In this document: positions 27,201-39,529 of the stretch, piece by piece
Numbering within the stretch: position 1 is the first letter of the stretch
Layout: every line of letters starts with the position of its first letter
NCBI RefSeq assembly: GCF_018350175.1
Contig: NC_058369.1
Location: 6,512,001-6,576,000 of the forward strand
Direction: 5' to 3'
Length of the DNA: 64,000 nucleotides
Source of the DNA: Felis catus
Lineage: Eukaryota
The notes under the pieces: model-generated
Database searches by the model: none
What the model saw: the letters and a program-made list of their open reading frames with translations, nothing else
What the model was told of the DNA's origin: nothing
Program-made: the position numbers and the translations under genes

Positions 27201-27771
27201 AAACCTTTTTATTTAGAAAAAAATTTAAATTTCTAAGAAAGTTACAAAACTGTATTGATTTTAAAAAATACATCAATAGTCATTTATATTTACTCACATG
27301 TATGTTTCCTATTGGTCTTCATGCATTCCTGGAGTTACGTGTCTCCATATGGAAAAATTTCCCTTCAGCTTGAAGAACTCACTTTAGTGTGTCTATACTA
27401 TGTCAACAGTATAGTTCTGTTGGTGATTAGTCCTTTCAGCTCTTTAAAAAACCCTGTTGGAAAACATTTCATTTCATCTCCACTTTTGAGGAACGTTTTG
27501 TCAAGTTATACAATTTTAGGCCGAGAAGTTTTTTAAGACCTATTTGTTTTTATGATTGAAGTTTATTTTTATTATTTTAAAGTTTATTTTTTATTATTAT
27601 TTTGAGAGAGACAAGTGGGAGAGGGGCAGAGAGAGGGACAGAGAGAATCCCAAGCAGGTTCCTTGCCCAGCATGGAGCCCAACGCAGAGATCAATCTCAT
27701 GACCCTGGGATCATGACCTGAGCTGAAATCAAGAGTCAGACACTTAACCAACCGAGCCACCCAAGTGCCCC
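23849..27771. mobile_element. Five dispersed CAN-SINEs (23849-24055 -, 24677-24924 -, 25212-25405 +, 25753-25990 +, 27545-27771 -)
   Basis: Each has a tRNA-derived head, (CT)n tract and A tail; span includes non-SINE DNA. Confidence 0.85.
26240..27185. repeat. Decayed tandem repeat, ~50-bp unit
   Basis: tctctagt(g/t)ttgg-like motif recurs at ~26377, 26434, 26517, 26720, 26835, 26886, 26932, 27015, 27115, 27165. Confidence 0.65.
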
Positions 27772-29075
27772 TCAACATAACCGTTTAGATGTCATTTACT
27801 GTCTTTCTGTTTCTGTAGTTTCCTTTAAAAAGTCATTATTAGACTTATTATTGCTCTCTTGAAAGTAATGTGGCCCTTTTCTTTGGTTGCTTTGAAGCTT
27901 TGCACTTTGCTTTCAATTTTCTACAATTTGGCCATGTTTCCTTCATTTTTTAAAAATGTATTTTTCATAGTTATTTTGAAATAACAGTCCTTGTCTGCTG
28001 ACTCCAGTACCTGGATTGTTTCTGGATCAGCCTCTATTGATTTATATTTTCACAATTTGTAACTTCTCCTATTTCTTTGCATGTCTAGTAATTTTTTATT
28101 GTTTGCTGGATATTGTTAATGACACTTTGTAGATGTTCTTGATTATTCTTCTGACTATTAAGTTTTGTAATGGCAGACAGTTATAGGGCTAATCACCTTG
28201 ATCCCATGAAGGGTAGGTTTTAAATTTTATAAGGGCAGGTCTATTTCAATTTTTCACTTACTCCTAAGGTGTAACTCTTCCTCTTAGTGCATGATACATA
28301 TCATGGTGTGGAATTTCAAGGGTATTGGTTGAAAACAGGTTTTTCCCAAGGTCACTCCACTATGGATAAATCCAAAAACCAACCTTCAATTCTCAGAATG
28401 TGTGTCTTCTGAAACTCTTTGTGCAAACCCTCACCTTTCAGTAGCTATTCTCTGCTAATCCTCCTAGTGACTTCTGCCTAGGTGCAGGTTAGGTGTTATT
28501 CAAAGACCTGAGGGAAATTTTTAGGCAGATTTTGTGGACTTTTCTGGGACTCTTTCTTTTCCATTAAAAGAGCATTAAGGTTAGCACCTGTGTTCTTTCA
28601 ACATGCACGCAGCACTTTTTGAGCATTTCCCTACTTTATGGCACCACAGGACATTCCATGACCATCTTGTATTTTCTCTGCCCTAGCCCTAGAATTAACC
28701 ACTTTCCCAGGGAGCCCTGGTTACCACCCTTCCCCCACCCCATTTTTGAGAATAGTATTTAAAAACCAAGATCTACCATGTTGATTGATTTGTGAATATT
28801 GAACCAGTCCTCCAGCCCAGGAATAACTCCTACTTGATGATGGTGAATAATTCTTTTAATGTACTTGAATTTGATTTGCTAGTATCTTGTGGAGAATTTC
28901 TGCATCCAGGTTCATCAGGGATATTGGTCTGTAATTCTCCTTTTGAGTGAGGCCTTTGTCTAGTTTTGGAATCGAGGTAATGCTGGCTTCGTAGAATGAG
29001 TTTGGAAGCTTTCCTTCCATTTCTTTCTTTTTTTTTTTTTGGAACAGTTTGAGAGTAAAGGTATTAACTCTTTTT

Positions 29076-31641
29076 CTTTTTTTGTCTTTTCTCCCATCAG
29101 AGAGTCCCCCTTAAAATTTCTTGCAGGGCTCGTGTAGTGGTCATGAATTCCTTTAATTTTTGTTTGTCTGGGAAACTTTTAATCTCTCCGACTATTTCGA
29201 ATGACAGCCTTGCTGGATAAAGAATTCTTGGCTCCATATTTTTCCAATTCAGCACATTGAATATATCCTGCCACTCCTTTCTGGCCTGCCAAGTTTCTGT
29301 GGACAGGGCTGCTACAAACCTGATTTGTCTTCCCTTGTAGGTTAAGGACATTTTCCCCCCCTTGCTGCTTTCACGATTCTTTCCTTGCCTGAGTATTTTG
29401 TGAATTTGACAATGATATGCCTTGCTGATGGTCGGTTTTTGTTGAATCTTATGGGAGCCCTCTGTGCTTCCTGGATTTTGAGGTCTGTGTCTTTCCCCAG
29501 GTTAGGAAGGTTTTCTGCTATGATTTGCTTACATAACCCTTCTATCCATATTTCTCTCTCTTCTTCTTCTGGGACCCCTATGATTCTGATGTTGTTCCTT
29601 TTTAATGAGTCACTGATTTCTCTGAATCTTAAATCATGCTCTTTTGCCTTAGTCTCCCTCTTTTTTTCTGCTTCATTATTCTCCATAAGATTGTCTTCTA
29701 TATCACTGATTTGTTGTTCTGCCTCATCTTATCTTTGCCGCTGTGGCATCCATTGGAGATTGCAGCTCAGTTATAGAATTTTTTTATTTCATCCTGACTA
29801 GCTTTTACTTCTTTTATCTCCACAGAGAGGGATTCTAATCTTTTTTCACCCCCAGCTAGTATTCTTATTATCGTGATTCTAAATTCTGGTTCAGACATCT
29901 TGCTTGTATCTGTGTTGATTAATTCCCTGTCATTTCTTCCTGTTCTTTCTTTTGGGGTGAATTCCTTCCTTTTGCCATTTTGAAGGAAGAAAAAGAATTA
30001 AGGTAAAAACAAATTAAAATTAAAAATTAAAAACAAAACACACACACACACAAATCAAATAAATGATGCTAGATCCTAGGTGTATTTTGGTCTGGTTGTT
30101 GAAAGGTGCTTGATAGATTAGAGAAAAAAGGGGAGAAAATAAAAAAGGAAAATGTTTGAAAATTTGAGAAAATGAATACGATAAAATACAATAAAATGAA
30201 ATGATGGAAGTAAAATAGAATTTGAAAATTTACAAAAAAGTAAAAAATATGGTAGAAAAAATAAAGAAAATATTTTAATAAAAATTGAAAATAAAAATAA
30301 ATTTTTTCTCTTTCTGTATTCAAGAAAAAGAAATGAAAAGAAAAAAAGAAAATTGAATAGATGGACCAAGACTAAAATATGATTGAAATTGCATCATTGT
30401 CTCCTGAAAGTCAAACTATGAAGTACTTTATAGCCTGTAAACTAAGCAGGTGGAGAGACTTGTGGTTCCTGAAGAGTGAGGTTGACTCAGTTGGGCGGGG
30501 CTTAATGTAACGGCTCTGTTCTCCACTAGGTGGCGCTGCTTAGTTTACTGGGGCGAATTGTGGCACTCGTAGGTGTGTATGCGCATGCGCGGGAGGGGTG
30601 AAAATGGCATCTACCCAGGCTCTAGTATTGGAATTCTGTGTCTTCCCGAGCAGCAATTGCACACCTGTCCTTTGTCTTCCGCTTCCATCCACTCCCCGCT
30701 CTTACCCTGTCCGTGAGCAAGCCATCAGGCTGCAGGTGGCACCTCCCTGCTGAGTTTTATCTCAGATGCGGCTTTGTTTCCGGACCCCTCACTTCTGAGG
30801 GGCTGCGGTTTTGTCCCGCTCACACCTTCTGGGGGAGGGTCTCACCGAGCAATGGCGGTGCCGGCCGCACCCAGGACCGTTGGCGGGACTGTGCTGCCTC
30901 CGATGCCCAGAGACTGCGGCTGGGCGCCACCCCGCCCCGGAAAAAGCTCCCATGATCTGTAGCAGCTGCGTTTCAGGGATTATGGAAAATCGCGACACGC
31001 GTCTGGCACCAGGTTTCCCCTTAACGCCCTTGTTCCAGCACCAGCGAATGTGGTTGTTCTCCGGTCTGCTGGCACCTTTGCCTGTGTGGGGGCCGCACAG
31101 CCTCTACCGGCTGTCCTCCCAGCAGGGGAACCGCCAGTCCCCGTGTGGCCCGAAGCCCCCCGGACTCCACTCTGCTCCTGGGGATTCACCCTTCCCACCA
31201 GAGCACCCCAGGTATGGAACTGGAGAGTTTCAGACTCCGCTCCCCGTTTGTAGATTCGTATCGGCATTTAAACCCTCTCCTTTCTCCCTTTTTAGTTCGG
31301 CCCCTGTGGCTGTTTCCACTTTTCCACTTTCTCTCCAGCTGCTTTGGGGGTGGGGGTGCTTTTCCCGTATTCTCCCCCCATCTCCGTCCCTTCTCCGCAA
31401 GCAAAAGCAGTTCCCTGCCCTCTGCGGCTTCTTTCTCCCCCAGTTCACCTCTCTGTGCCATGTACCTGGTGAGTTCTGTGGTTCAGGTCGTGCAGATTGT
31501 TGTGTTAATCCTCGAGTCAGTTTTCTAGATGTGCAGAATGGTTTAGTGTTGGTCTGGCTGATTTCATGGATGTGAGATGCAAAAAAAAAAACTCACCAAA
31601 AAACCAACTTCCATGCTGTTCCGCCATCTTGGCTCCTCCCC
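29076..31641 (-). mobile_element. Carnivore L1, 5'UTR + ORF1 only (3'-truncated), with its own TSD
   Basis: Starts GGGGAGGAGCCAAGATGGCGG (L1 5' end with YY1 site); ORF1 29978->29097; short A-rich end; TSD ggtattaactcttttt at 29060-29075 and 31642-31657. Confidence 0.88.
29097..29978 (-). pseudogene. L1 ORF1p, frameshifted
   Basis: Fragments MAKGRNSPQKKEQEE, KRNNIRIIGVPEEEE...IQEAQRAP...RHIIVKF and LTYKGRQIRF...LQEILRGTL* lie in different frames. Confidence 0.9.
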
Positions 31642-34600
31642 GGTATTAACTCTTTTTTTTAAATGTCTGATAGAATTCCCATGGGAAGCCATCTGGCCCA
31701 GGACTCTTGTTTGTTGGGAGATTTTGTATTACTGATTCAATTTCTTTGCTAGTTATGGGTCTCTTCAAATTTTCTACATCTTCCTGTTTCAGTTTTGGTA
31801 GTTTGTGAGTTTCTAGGAATTTGTCCATGTCTTCCAGGTTGCACATATGTGTATGTTGGCATCTCCTTTTTCATAATATTCTCTTACGAATTGTTTATAT
31901 TTCTATGGTATTGGTTGTGATCTCTCCTCTTTCACTCATGGTTTTATCTATTTGCTTCCTTTCTCTTTTCTTTTTGATGAGTCTAGCTAAGGGTTTATCA
32001 ATTTTGTTTATTCTTTCAAAGAACCAGCTCTTAGTTTCACTGATCTGTTCTAAAGGCAGCGTGTGGAATGGGAGAAGATATTTGCAAACAACATATCTGA
32101 TAAAGGATTAGTATACAAAATCTATAAAGAACTTATCAAACTCAACACCCAAAACCAAACAACCCAGTTAAGAAATGGGCAGAAGACACGAATAGACACT
32201 TTTCCAAAGACATCCAGATGCTAACAGACACATAAAAGATGCTCAACATCACTCATCATCAGGGAAAAACAAATCAAAACCGTGATGAGATGCCACCTCA
32301 CAGCTGTCAGAATGGCTAAAATTGACAACATGAGAAACAACAGGTGTTGGCGAGAATGCAGAGAAAGGGGAACCCTCTTGCACTGCTGGTGAGATGCAAG
32401 CTGGTGCAGTCACTCTGGAAAACAGTGTGGAGGTTCCTCAAAAAAACTAAAACTAGCACTACCCTACAATCCAGCAATTTCACTATTAGGTATTTACCCA
32501 AAGGATACAAAAAAATACAGATTTGAATGGGGTATATGTACCCCAGTGTTTATAGTAGCATTATCAACTATAGCCAAACTATGGAGAGAGTCAAAATGTC
32601 CATCAACTGAAGAATGGATACAGAAGGTGGTGTGTGTGTGTGTGTGTGCATGTGTGTGTGTGTGTGTGTTTGTAGTGGAGTATTATTCAGCCATCAACTG
32701 TTTGTAATGATGTGGATAGAGCTGGAATGTGTTATGCGAAGCAAAATAAGTCAATCAGAGAATGATGAATAAATGATTTCACTCGTGGAATTTAAGAATC
32801 AAAATAGATGAACACATGTGAAGGGAGGGAAAAGAGAAGAAAGGGAAACAAACCATAAGGCTCTTAATGATAGAGAACAAACTGAGGGTTGATGGAGGGA
32901 GGCGGGTAGGAGATGGGCTGGATGGGTGATGGGTATTGAGGAGGGCACTTGTGATGAGCACTGAGTATTATATGTAAGTGATGAATCACTGAATTCTACT
33001 TCTAAAACCAATATTCCACTGTATATTAACGAATTCAAATTTAAGTTAAAAGAAAGAAAACCCAAGATCTAGGTGCTGTACCTCCAATTTGAATTCATTA
33101 CCACAAGGTCCATTCTAGCCTTTCTCTTTCCTTGCTTGTACTATCTTTGGCAGTGACCATGAGAAACTGGCTTTAATGATATTTAATGACCTATAATATA
33201 AATACTTAGTTGTCCAACTTCAGTATATATATAAAGCGGTCTCAGAATTGCTAACCTGTACCCTTGAGAGAAACAAATTTATTAACTCTAGTACAGAATT
33301 TGTGTACAGTTATTTTTGCTTTTAGTCTTATAGTATCAGGTCAAAATATATTTTTCCTAAGTTAGATTTCCTCTCCACACCCTTCAGTGTTGTTTGGTCA
33401 TTCATTTGTAATACAGTGAGCTGCATTCATCATAGTCTGCATTCCATTTTGTGTTCCCTCTGCTACCTAGTGACTATATTTTGTTCTAACCTATAATAAT
33501 ATTCACTTTTTGTGCTGTAATGTTCCACATGTAATGTAATGTTTTGAAAAATACAGAGATATTTGTATCCATCAACACAGTCATGCTATTGGGTAGTTCC
33601 AAAATTTCCAAATTCCCTTGTGCTGTGCCTTTGTAGTAATCCTATTTCCACCTCATACCCCTAGTAACTCCTGATTTGTTGTCCTTCCCTACAGTCATGT
33701 GTTTTCCAGAATGTCATTCAATGGAATCATACATGTGGCTTTTTGTCTTTTTCACTTAGCAAATTGAGTTTGATTAAAATTGAGGTATAATTTACATGCA
33801 ATGCAATGTACAAATCTTAAGTGTACAGTTCAGTGCATTTTGACAAATGCATATATCTGTGTAACTTATACTCCTGCCAAGACATAGAATATTTTTCTCA
33901 TCCTGTAAAGTTCCTGGTTGTCCTTTCCCAGTCAATCCCAGCTACTGCCTCACCTCCCCGCCTGAAACTTAGATGCAACCACTCTTCTTCCCCCCAACCC
34001 CCCTCACAGATTAGATTCTGCCTGTTCTAGAAATCTGTATAAATAGAATCATACAGTATTTACTCTTCTGTGTCCGGCTTGTTTTGCTTGGTATAATTCT
34101 CAGTTAAGTTTAATTCACAATAAAAAACGAGATGCGTATATAGTGTTTCCTATATACCAGGTAGTCTCTCAAGTGCTTACATATTTTAACTAATTGGATC
34201 CTCAGTACAAGTTTACAAAACACTCTCATTGTCTCCATCTTACAAATGAAAAAACTTGGGCCAAAATGTTTGTTACTTGTCTGAGGTAACCAGGCAATTA
34301 AGTGGTAAGGTCTAGACTTGACCTCAAATGGTCTGTCTCCAGAGTCCATACTCTTAATCTCTATGCAATAGAACAGAACACTGCCTTTGGACCAGGCATG
34401 GCTTGTGGCACAGGATCTACGGTGATGAATCAAATGCACAGTCCTTGCTTTCATGGTGTTTATAATTTAGTGAGGGTTGGGATGGGGAATAAGTATTAGT
34501 CAAATAAAGAAGTATATATAGAAAGTCAGTCAGATGATAATAAGTGCTACTGAGATGAAGAACTCCTAATAAAGATAGAAATGTGGGAATTGGTGACTTG

Positions 34601-35639
34601 CTCATTATATATGGAGTGGGAATGAAAGCCTTTCAGTCAGGAGACATTTTGGCAGAAACCTGAGTGAACTGAAAGAGTGAGCTATGTAGCTACGTTGGGA
34701 ATATGAGTCTAGGCAGTACAGAGACCCTGATATTGAACTGTGCTGGGGTGACGGGGCTACAGCAAGACAAGTGTGACTAGAGTATAGGAAGTAAACAGGA
34801 CTGGTGGAAGGGCGGGGGGTCAGATCTACAGTGGATCCTGATTGTTTGGGGCCTTGTAGGAAATGGTAAAGACCATTCATTATACTCTTAGTACCTTGGT
34901 GTATCACTATACCAGAACAATTGCAGGCAGGATGCAGGGAAACCAAAAGGTAATAGTGCATATTCAGTGACTGGAAGAAGAACAAGGAAGGAGAGGAAAG
35001 AGGAGGGAGTGATTATTGAAGTTTTGGAGCATAGTGGGAAGAGGGGAGAAGGCAGCACTACAGGGGCTGAGAAGAGGCCCAGGATAGCACCCAGATCCCA
35101 GTTCTCTTGTGGGGAAATGGTGTGGTATGTACTCATTCTCCTCCATCCCTCTGATCTCCTACCTGGGCTCTCCACTGACCAACCCAAACAGAAGCTCAAA
35201 GGCAAATGAGCCCAAGGATATAGCCCATTAACCTCCCTAGGCACAGAGAGGGAAGAGTAGGGTACCAATGGTTTCCATTCCGTATTTCTTATACACAGTG
35301 TTCCTCTACAGTGTGATTCCTTATGCACACCTCAAAGGGTGTGTGTCTTCTGAAGAGGTTTCCATTTTGATGATATTCCTAGGGCTTTTCCCTTAGTGTG
35401 AATTGTCATACTATTGTGATAATTGTGATTCACTGGAGATATCATGACAGGCTTCCCTTTAGCCAATGCATTCCTCCTGTTGCTCCCCAGTAGGTAATTT
35501 TTTTCTGTGAGAGTTTTACCACATAGGCTGCACTTGATAGGGTGGGGCAAGTTAGTTAACATGTGGGCTATTGAATATTATTCCATGTTGATTAGATTAG
35601 AAGGAGGGCCTGCTGAAGGCTTTCCCTCACTGAGTCATG

Positions 35640-36155
35640 GCCAGGCTCCAAGATGGTCCCCAGTAGTTTCTGTCTCCTTTTATGCATACCTTGTGTAGTT
35701 CCCTCCCACATCGAGTCAGGATTGGTCCAGGTGACCAACACAATATAGATGAAGAGACAATATATCCTTCTGAGACTAGGTCATAAAAGACATTATGGCT
35801 TCTGCATTGGCTCTTTTGGATCACTTTATTTGGAGAGAACCTGCTGCCATATTGTAAAGACACTCATCACTGTGGAGAGGCCTACATGGCGAGGGACTGC
35901 AGGTCCCATGCCAACAACTGGCACTAGTTTGTCAGGCATGTGAATAATCAACCTTCAGAGTGGACCCTTCATTCCTAAAGACTTCAGATGATGGTAGTTC
36001 TAGTTGACATATTGATGGCAACCTCATGAGGGAGCTAGAATTAGAATCACGTAGCTAATCCATTTCTGAACTCCTGACCTACATAAATTGTGAGATAATA
36101 AAGGTTTGTTGCTTTAAAGGACTACGTTTTGGGGTTAATTTGTTATGCAAAGATA
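35640..36155 (+). mobile_element. MLT1-type LTR downstream of the ZNF stop codon
   Basis: ttctgagactaggtcataaaagacat...gtggagaggcc...tgtgagataataaaggtttgttgcttta. Confidence 0.65.
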
Positions 36156-36237
36156 ATTTCTGCATCCAGTATGAATTGCCAAGATGTCTGAGGTTGAGAA
36201 ATCAATGGATTCTTTCCCATAGTCACTGCATTCCTAT

Positions 36238-37014
36238 CTACCTATTATGAATTCTCTTGTGCACAGAAAGGTAAGAGTTAGTGGTGAAAGATTTTCCGCA
36301 ATGACTACATTTGTAGGGTTTCTCTCCAGTGTGAGTTCTCACATGTTTCTTAACAGACGAGAGATTGTTAAATGCTTTCCCACAGTCACTACATTCATAA
36401 GGTTTCTCTCCATTATGTATTCTCTTGTGCACAGTAAGAGAAAAGCTACTGCTGAAGGATTTTCCACACTGATCACACTCATAGGGTTTTTCTCCAGTAT
36501 GAGTTCTCACGTGCTGTGTCAGATGTGAGCTCTTCCTAAAGGCTTTCCCACAGTCATGGCACTCATAGGGTTTCTCCCCCGTATGAATTCTGTGATGCAC
36601 AGTAAGGGAGGACCTTGTGCTGAAGGCCTTCCCACACTGCTTACATTCATAATGATTCTCCCCGGTATGAACTCCCTTGTGCCTTTTGAGGATACACCTA
36701 GTGCGGAAGACATGGAAACACTGATTACATTCGTAGGGTTTCTCTCCAGTGTGAATTCTCACGTGCAGCCTAAGGGATGAGGGATCATTGAAGGCTTTGC
36801 CACAGTCTGTGCATTCATAGGGCTTCTCCCCATTGTGTATCCTCTTGTGAATGGTCAGGTAGGATCTACTGCTGAAGGACTTGCCACATTGATTACAGTC
36901 ATAGGGTTTTTCTCCAGTATGAATTCTCTTGTGCTGAGTGAGGTTAGATTTTGTGCTGAAGACTTTAAAGCACTGATTACATTCATTGACTTTCACTCCG
37001 AGATGATTTCTTTC
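36238..37014 (-). CDS. ZNF557: KRAB zinc-finger gene (ZNF557/ZNF558 family), last coding exon with 9 C2H2 fingers
   Basis: acceptor tctcaacag|[35 protein letters not shown]...[21 protein letters not shown] linkers; symbol from position next to INSR and N-terminus, fingers are ZNF558-like. Confidence 0.9.
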   Translation of the reverse strand, partial: ERNHLGVKVNECNQCFKVFSTKSNLTQHKRIHTGEKPYDCNQCGKSFSSRSYLTIHKRIHNGEKPYECTDCGKAFNDPSSLRLHVRIHTGEKPYECNQCFHVFRTRCILKRHKGVHTGENHYECKQCGKAFSTRSSLTVHHRIHTGEKPYECHDCGKAFRKSSHLTQHVRTHTGEKPYECDQCGKSFSSSFSLTVHKRIHNGEKPYECSDCGKAFNNLSSVKKHVRTHTGEKPYKCSHCGKSFTTNSYLSVHKRIHNR

Positions 37015-37047
37015 CTGTTGAGAGACGAATGATAACTATAATTTGTA

Positions 37048-37745
37048 TTATTTTATTTTTTAAAGTTTTGTTTATTTATTTTGAGACAGAGAACAAATGG
37101 GTGAGGGGCAGAGAGGGAGAGAGAGGATCCCAAGCAGGCTCTGTGCTGTCAGCAGAGCCCGATGCAGGACTTAAACTCATAAACTGTGAGATCATGACCT
37201 GAGCCAAAATCCAGAGTCTGATGCTTAACTGCCTGAGCCACCCAGGTGCCCCTAATTTGTAATATTTTATTTTATTTTATTTTATTTTATTTTATTTTAT
37301 TTTATTTTTTTATTACTTTTAATGTTTATTTATTTTTGAGAGACAGAGTGTGAGTGAGAGAGCGGCAGAGAGAGAGAGAGAGAGGGAGACAGAGGATCTG
37401 AAGAGGGCTCTGTGCTGTCATCAGTGAGCTCGATGCGGGGCTTGATCTCACAAACCACGAGATCAGGACCTGAGCTGAAGCTGGATGCTCAACCAACTGA
37501 GCCACCCAGGCACCCATAATTTGTAATGTTTTTTTAATGTTTATTTATTTTTTGAGAGGCAGAGAGAGGGAGACAGTGTGTGAGCAGGGGAGGGGCAGAG
37601 AGAGAGGGAGTCACAGAAACCTAAGCAGGCTCCAGGCTCTGAGCTGTCAGCACAGAGCCTGATGTGGGGCTCGAACTCACAAACTGCAAGATCATGACCT
37701 GAGCTGAAGTCAGACGCTTAACCGACTGAGCCACCCAGGCACCCC
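37048..37745 (-). mobile_element. Three head-to-tail CAN-SINEs in the last ZNF intron
   Basis: Heads at ~37252, ~37515 and ~37745, separated by a repeated taatttgtaat target motif. Confidence 0.9.
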
Positions 37746-38185
37746 TGTAATATTTTAAATATTCAAGACTATTGTAGGAATTCTCTCTCCCAGCAATTCA
37801 GTTATATATAACATTATTATAATTGGTGTTTTTGCTACTTTGAGTATTTGTATAGGGTTCCTGCTAGTTTGAATGATTAGAAGCTAAAAAACATGGCTAT
37901 GGTGTCATAGGCCTTATCATATTCAGAGAGCATTTTTCTGATAGGCTTAATACCAGCTTATGTTTGAAACCTCAATATCTGAGTCACATTTATGGAAACA
38001 GAGAGACGCTCAGGGAAGAAATAATTGTGGATATAACTTATATTTTTCTCCAAATTCACAATAGTTTTATGGTATTTCTCCAGAGGCACCACTTTCTCTT
38101 TAGAGAATGACTCTCTTGGGAACTTTGTAGTTTTTCTAATTTATGGCATTTTCCTACTGTGGAAAATCAGCAATCTTACCATTTT

Positions 38186-38387
38186 AAAAAAAGTTATTTA
38201 TGTATTTTGAGAGAGAGAGTACAAGCAGGGGAGGACCATAGAGAGAAGGAGAGAGAGAAAACCCCAAACAGGCTCCACACTGACAGAGCAGAGCCCATTG
38301 TGGGGCTCAAACTCACGAACCGCAAGATCATGACCTGAGCCTAAATCAAGCGTCGGATGCTTAACCGACTGAGCCACCCAGGCACCC
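38186..38387 (-). mobile_element. CAN-SINE inserted at a ZNF splice donor
   Basis: 18-bp TSD at 38168-38185 and 38388-38405 (16/18 identical). Confidence 0.9.
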
Positions 38388-38399
38388 CAGCAGTCTCAC

Positions 38400-38482
38400 C
38401 ATTTTTACACCTTTGTGTTGTTCTTGTCTGAAAACATGCTGCTTAGAAGTTAACCCTTTGGCTCTAAGTAGAGTCTCCAAAT
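38400..38482 (-). CDS. ZNF557: KRAB-ZNF spacer exon
   Basis: tttcag acceptor, ATG|gtgaga donor; 83 bp; DLETLLRAKGLTSKQHVFRQEQHKGVKM; phases fit both neighbours. Confidence 0.88.
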
Positions 38483-38994
38483 CTGAAACAAATTGAAAAG
38501 AAATTTCAGTCTGTGGAGAAAATAAAAGATAAAATGCACATATTAGTGAAGGCAGACCCTAAGGGATTAAGGTTTTTCAGAAGGTTTGCAATGAAAGGGT
38601 CACAGGTATAAACATTGTAGGTATTAAAAAAAAAAGACTCTAGGAAGGTTGAGACTGATGCTGACAGAGGAAGGAATTGTCAGGAATGTAAAGTGGGAAG
38701 GGACTGAACAAGGATCTCACGTGACACTTACACGTAATAAGGAAAATAGACATGCTTTTGTTCTTCCTTTGAGGCTAAGGTGTGAGGTGATGAAAAGAGA
38801 ATTAAAGAGGAAGCAAAGAAGGTGCACAAGGAGGCTTATCCCAAAGGCTTTCGATCTTGTCAGAAAAAAAAAAGGGGGGGGGGGGCGATTTTCCAAAGCT
38901 CCCTGATTGGCACTTCCCAACGTAATACTCCAAATTCCCAAGCCACAGGCCAGAGATGATCCTCACGAGGACTCATAATCCAGCTGGTGCTCAC

Positions 38995-39090
38995 CTGGAA
39001 AGCTGCCTGGGAGAATTCCAGTCTCCTTTGTCACCACTTTATCTTTTTGCTCCAATTTGGAGACCACACCAGGCTTACCAACTTGATTTC
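38995..39090 (-). CDS. ZNF557: KRAB-B exon
   Basis: gtgtag acceptor, CCAG|gtgagc donor; 96 bp; GNQVGKPGVVSKLEQKDKVVTKETGILPGSFP. Confidence 0.9.
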
Positions 39091-39529
39091 CTACACATAA
39101 AGGAAAGACACAGTATGAAGGGGGACTCTCCAGGGGAAAATGAGTCCCACCATGGAACTGAAGCCCATACTTCTGAGGATAAGCAGGTGCGGCTTTAGGA
39201 ACACTGGGATAATGATCCCTAAATTCTAATAAATAGAGTAACTCCTCTTTCATAGTGAAAAGACAAATTAAGCGTCCTCAGTCAATATCCAGGGTGTCTG
39301 GGGGAATAATGAGTCCCAGAGGCTAATGCCCAAGCTGAAACACAGAATTAAGAGCCCCGAAGCTTTCATGCACAGAGAATATAAAGTTAGGGCCAGGAAT
39401 ATATCTTTAGTTCATAGGGAAGGCATTAGACTGTGAGCTCCGCAACGGTAGGGACCACTCTATCTGGTTCACCACTGTATGCCTAACTCTTAGCATAGAC
39501 CTAGGAACATGAAGGTGCTTAAGGAAGAC

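Larger units (their letters stand above)
28775..33056. mobile_element. 5'-inverted carnivore L1 hosting the ORF1-only element
   Basis: Antisense ORF2 pieces 28775-29075 and 31658-32052 ([16 protein letters not shown]), then sense ORF2 end + 3'UTR + A tail 32053-33056; TSD aaaa(c)caagatcta at ~28761-28774 and ~33057-33071. Confidence 0.82.

Noticed and set aside
30811..31575. 254-aa + strand ORF
   Set aside because: Lies antisense within the GC-rich L1 5'UTR, has a non-ATG start and no recognisable domain; an ORF0-like role cannot be supported from sequence alone.
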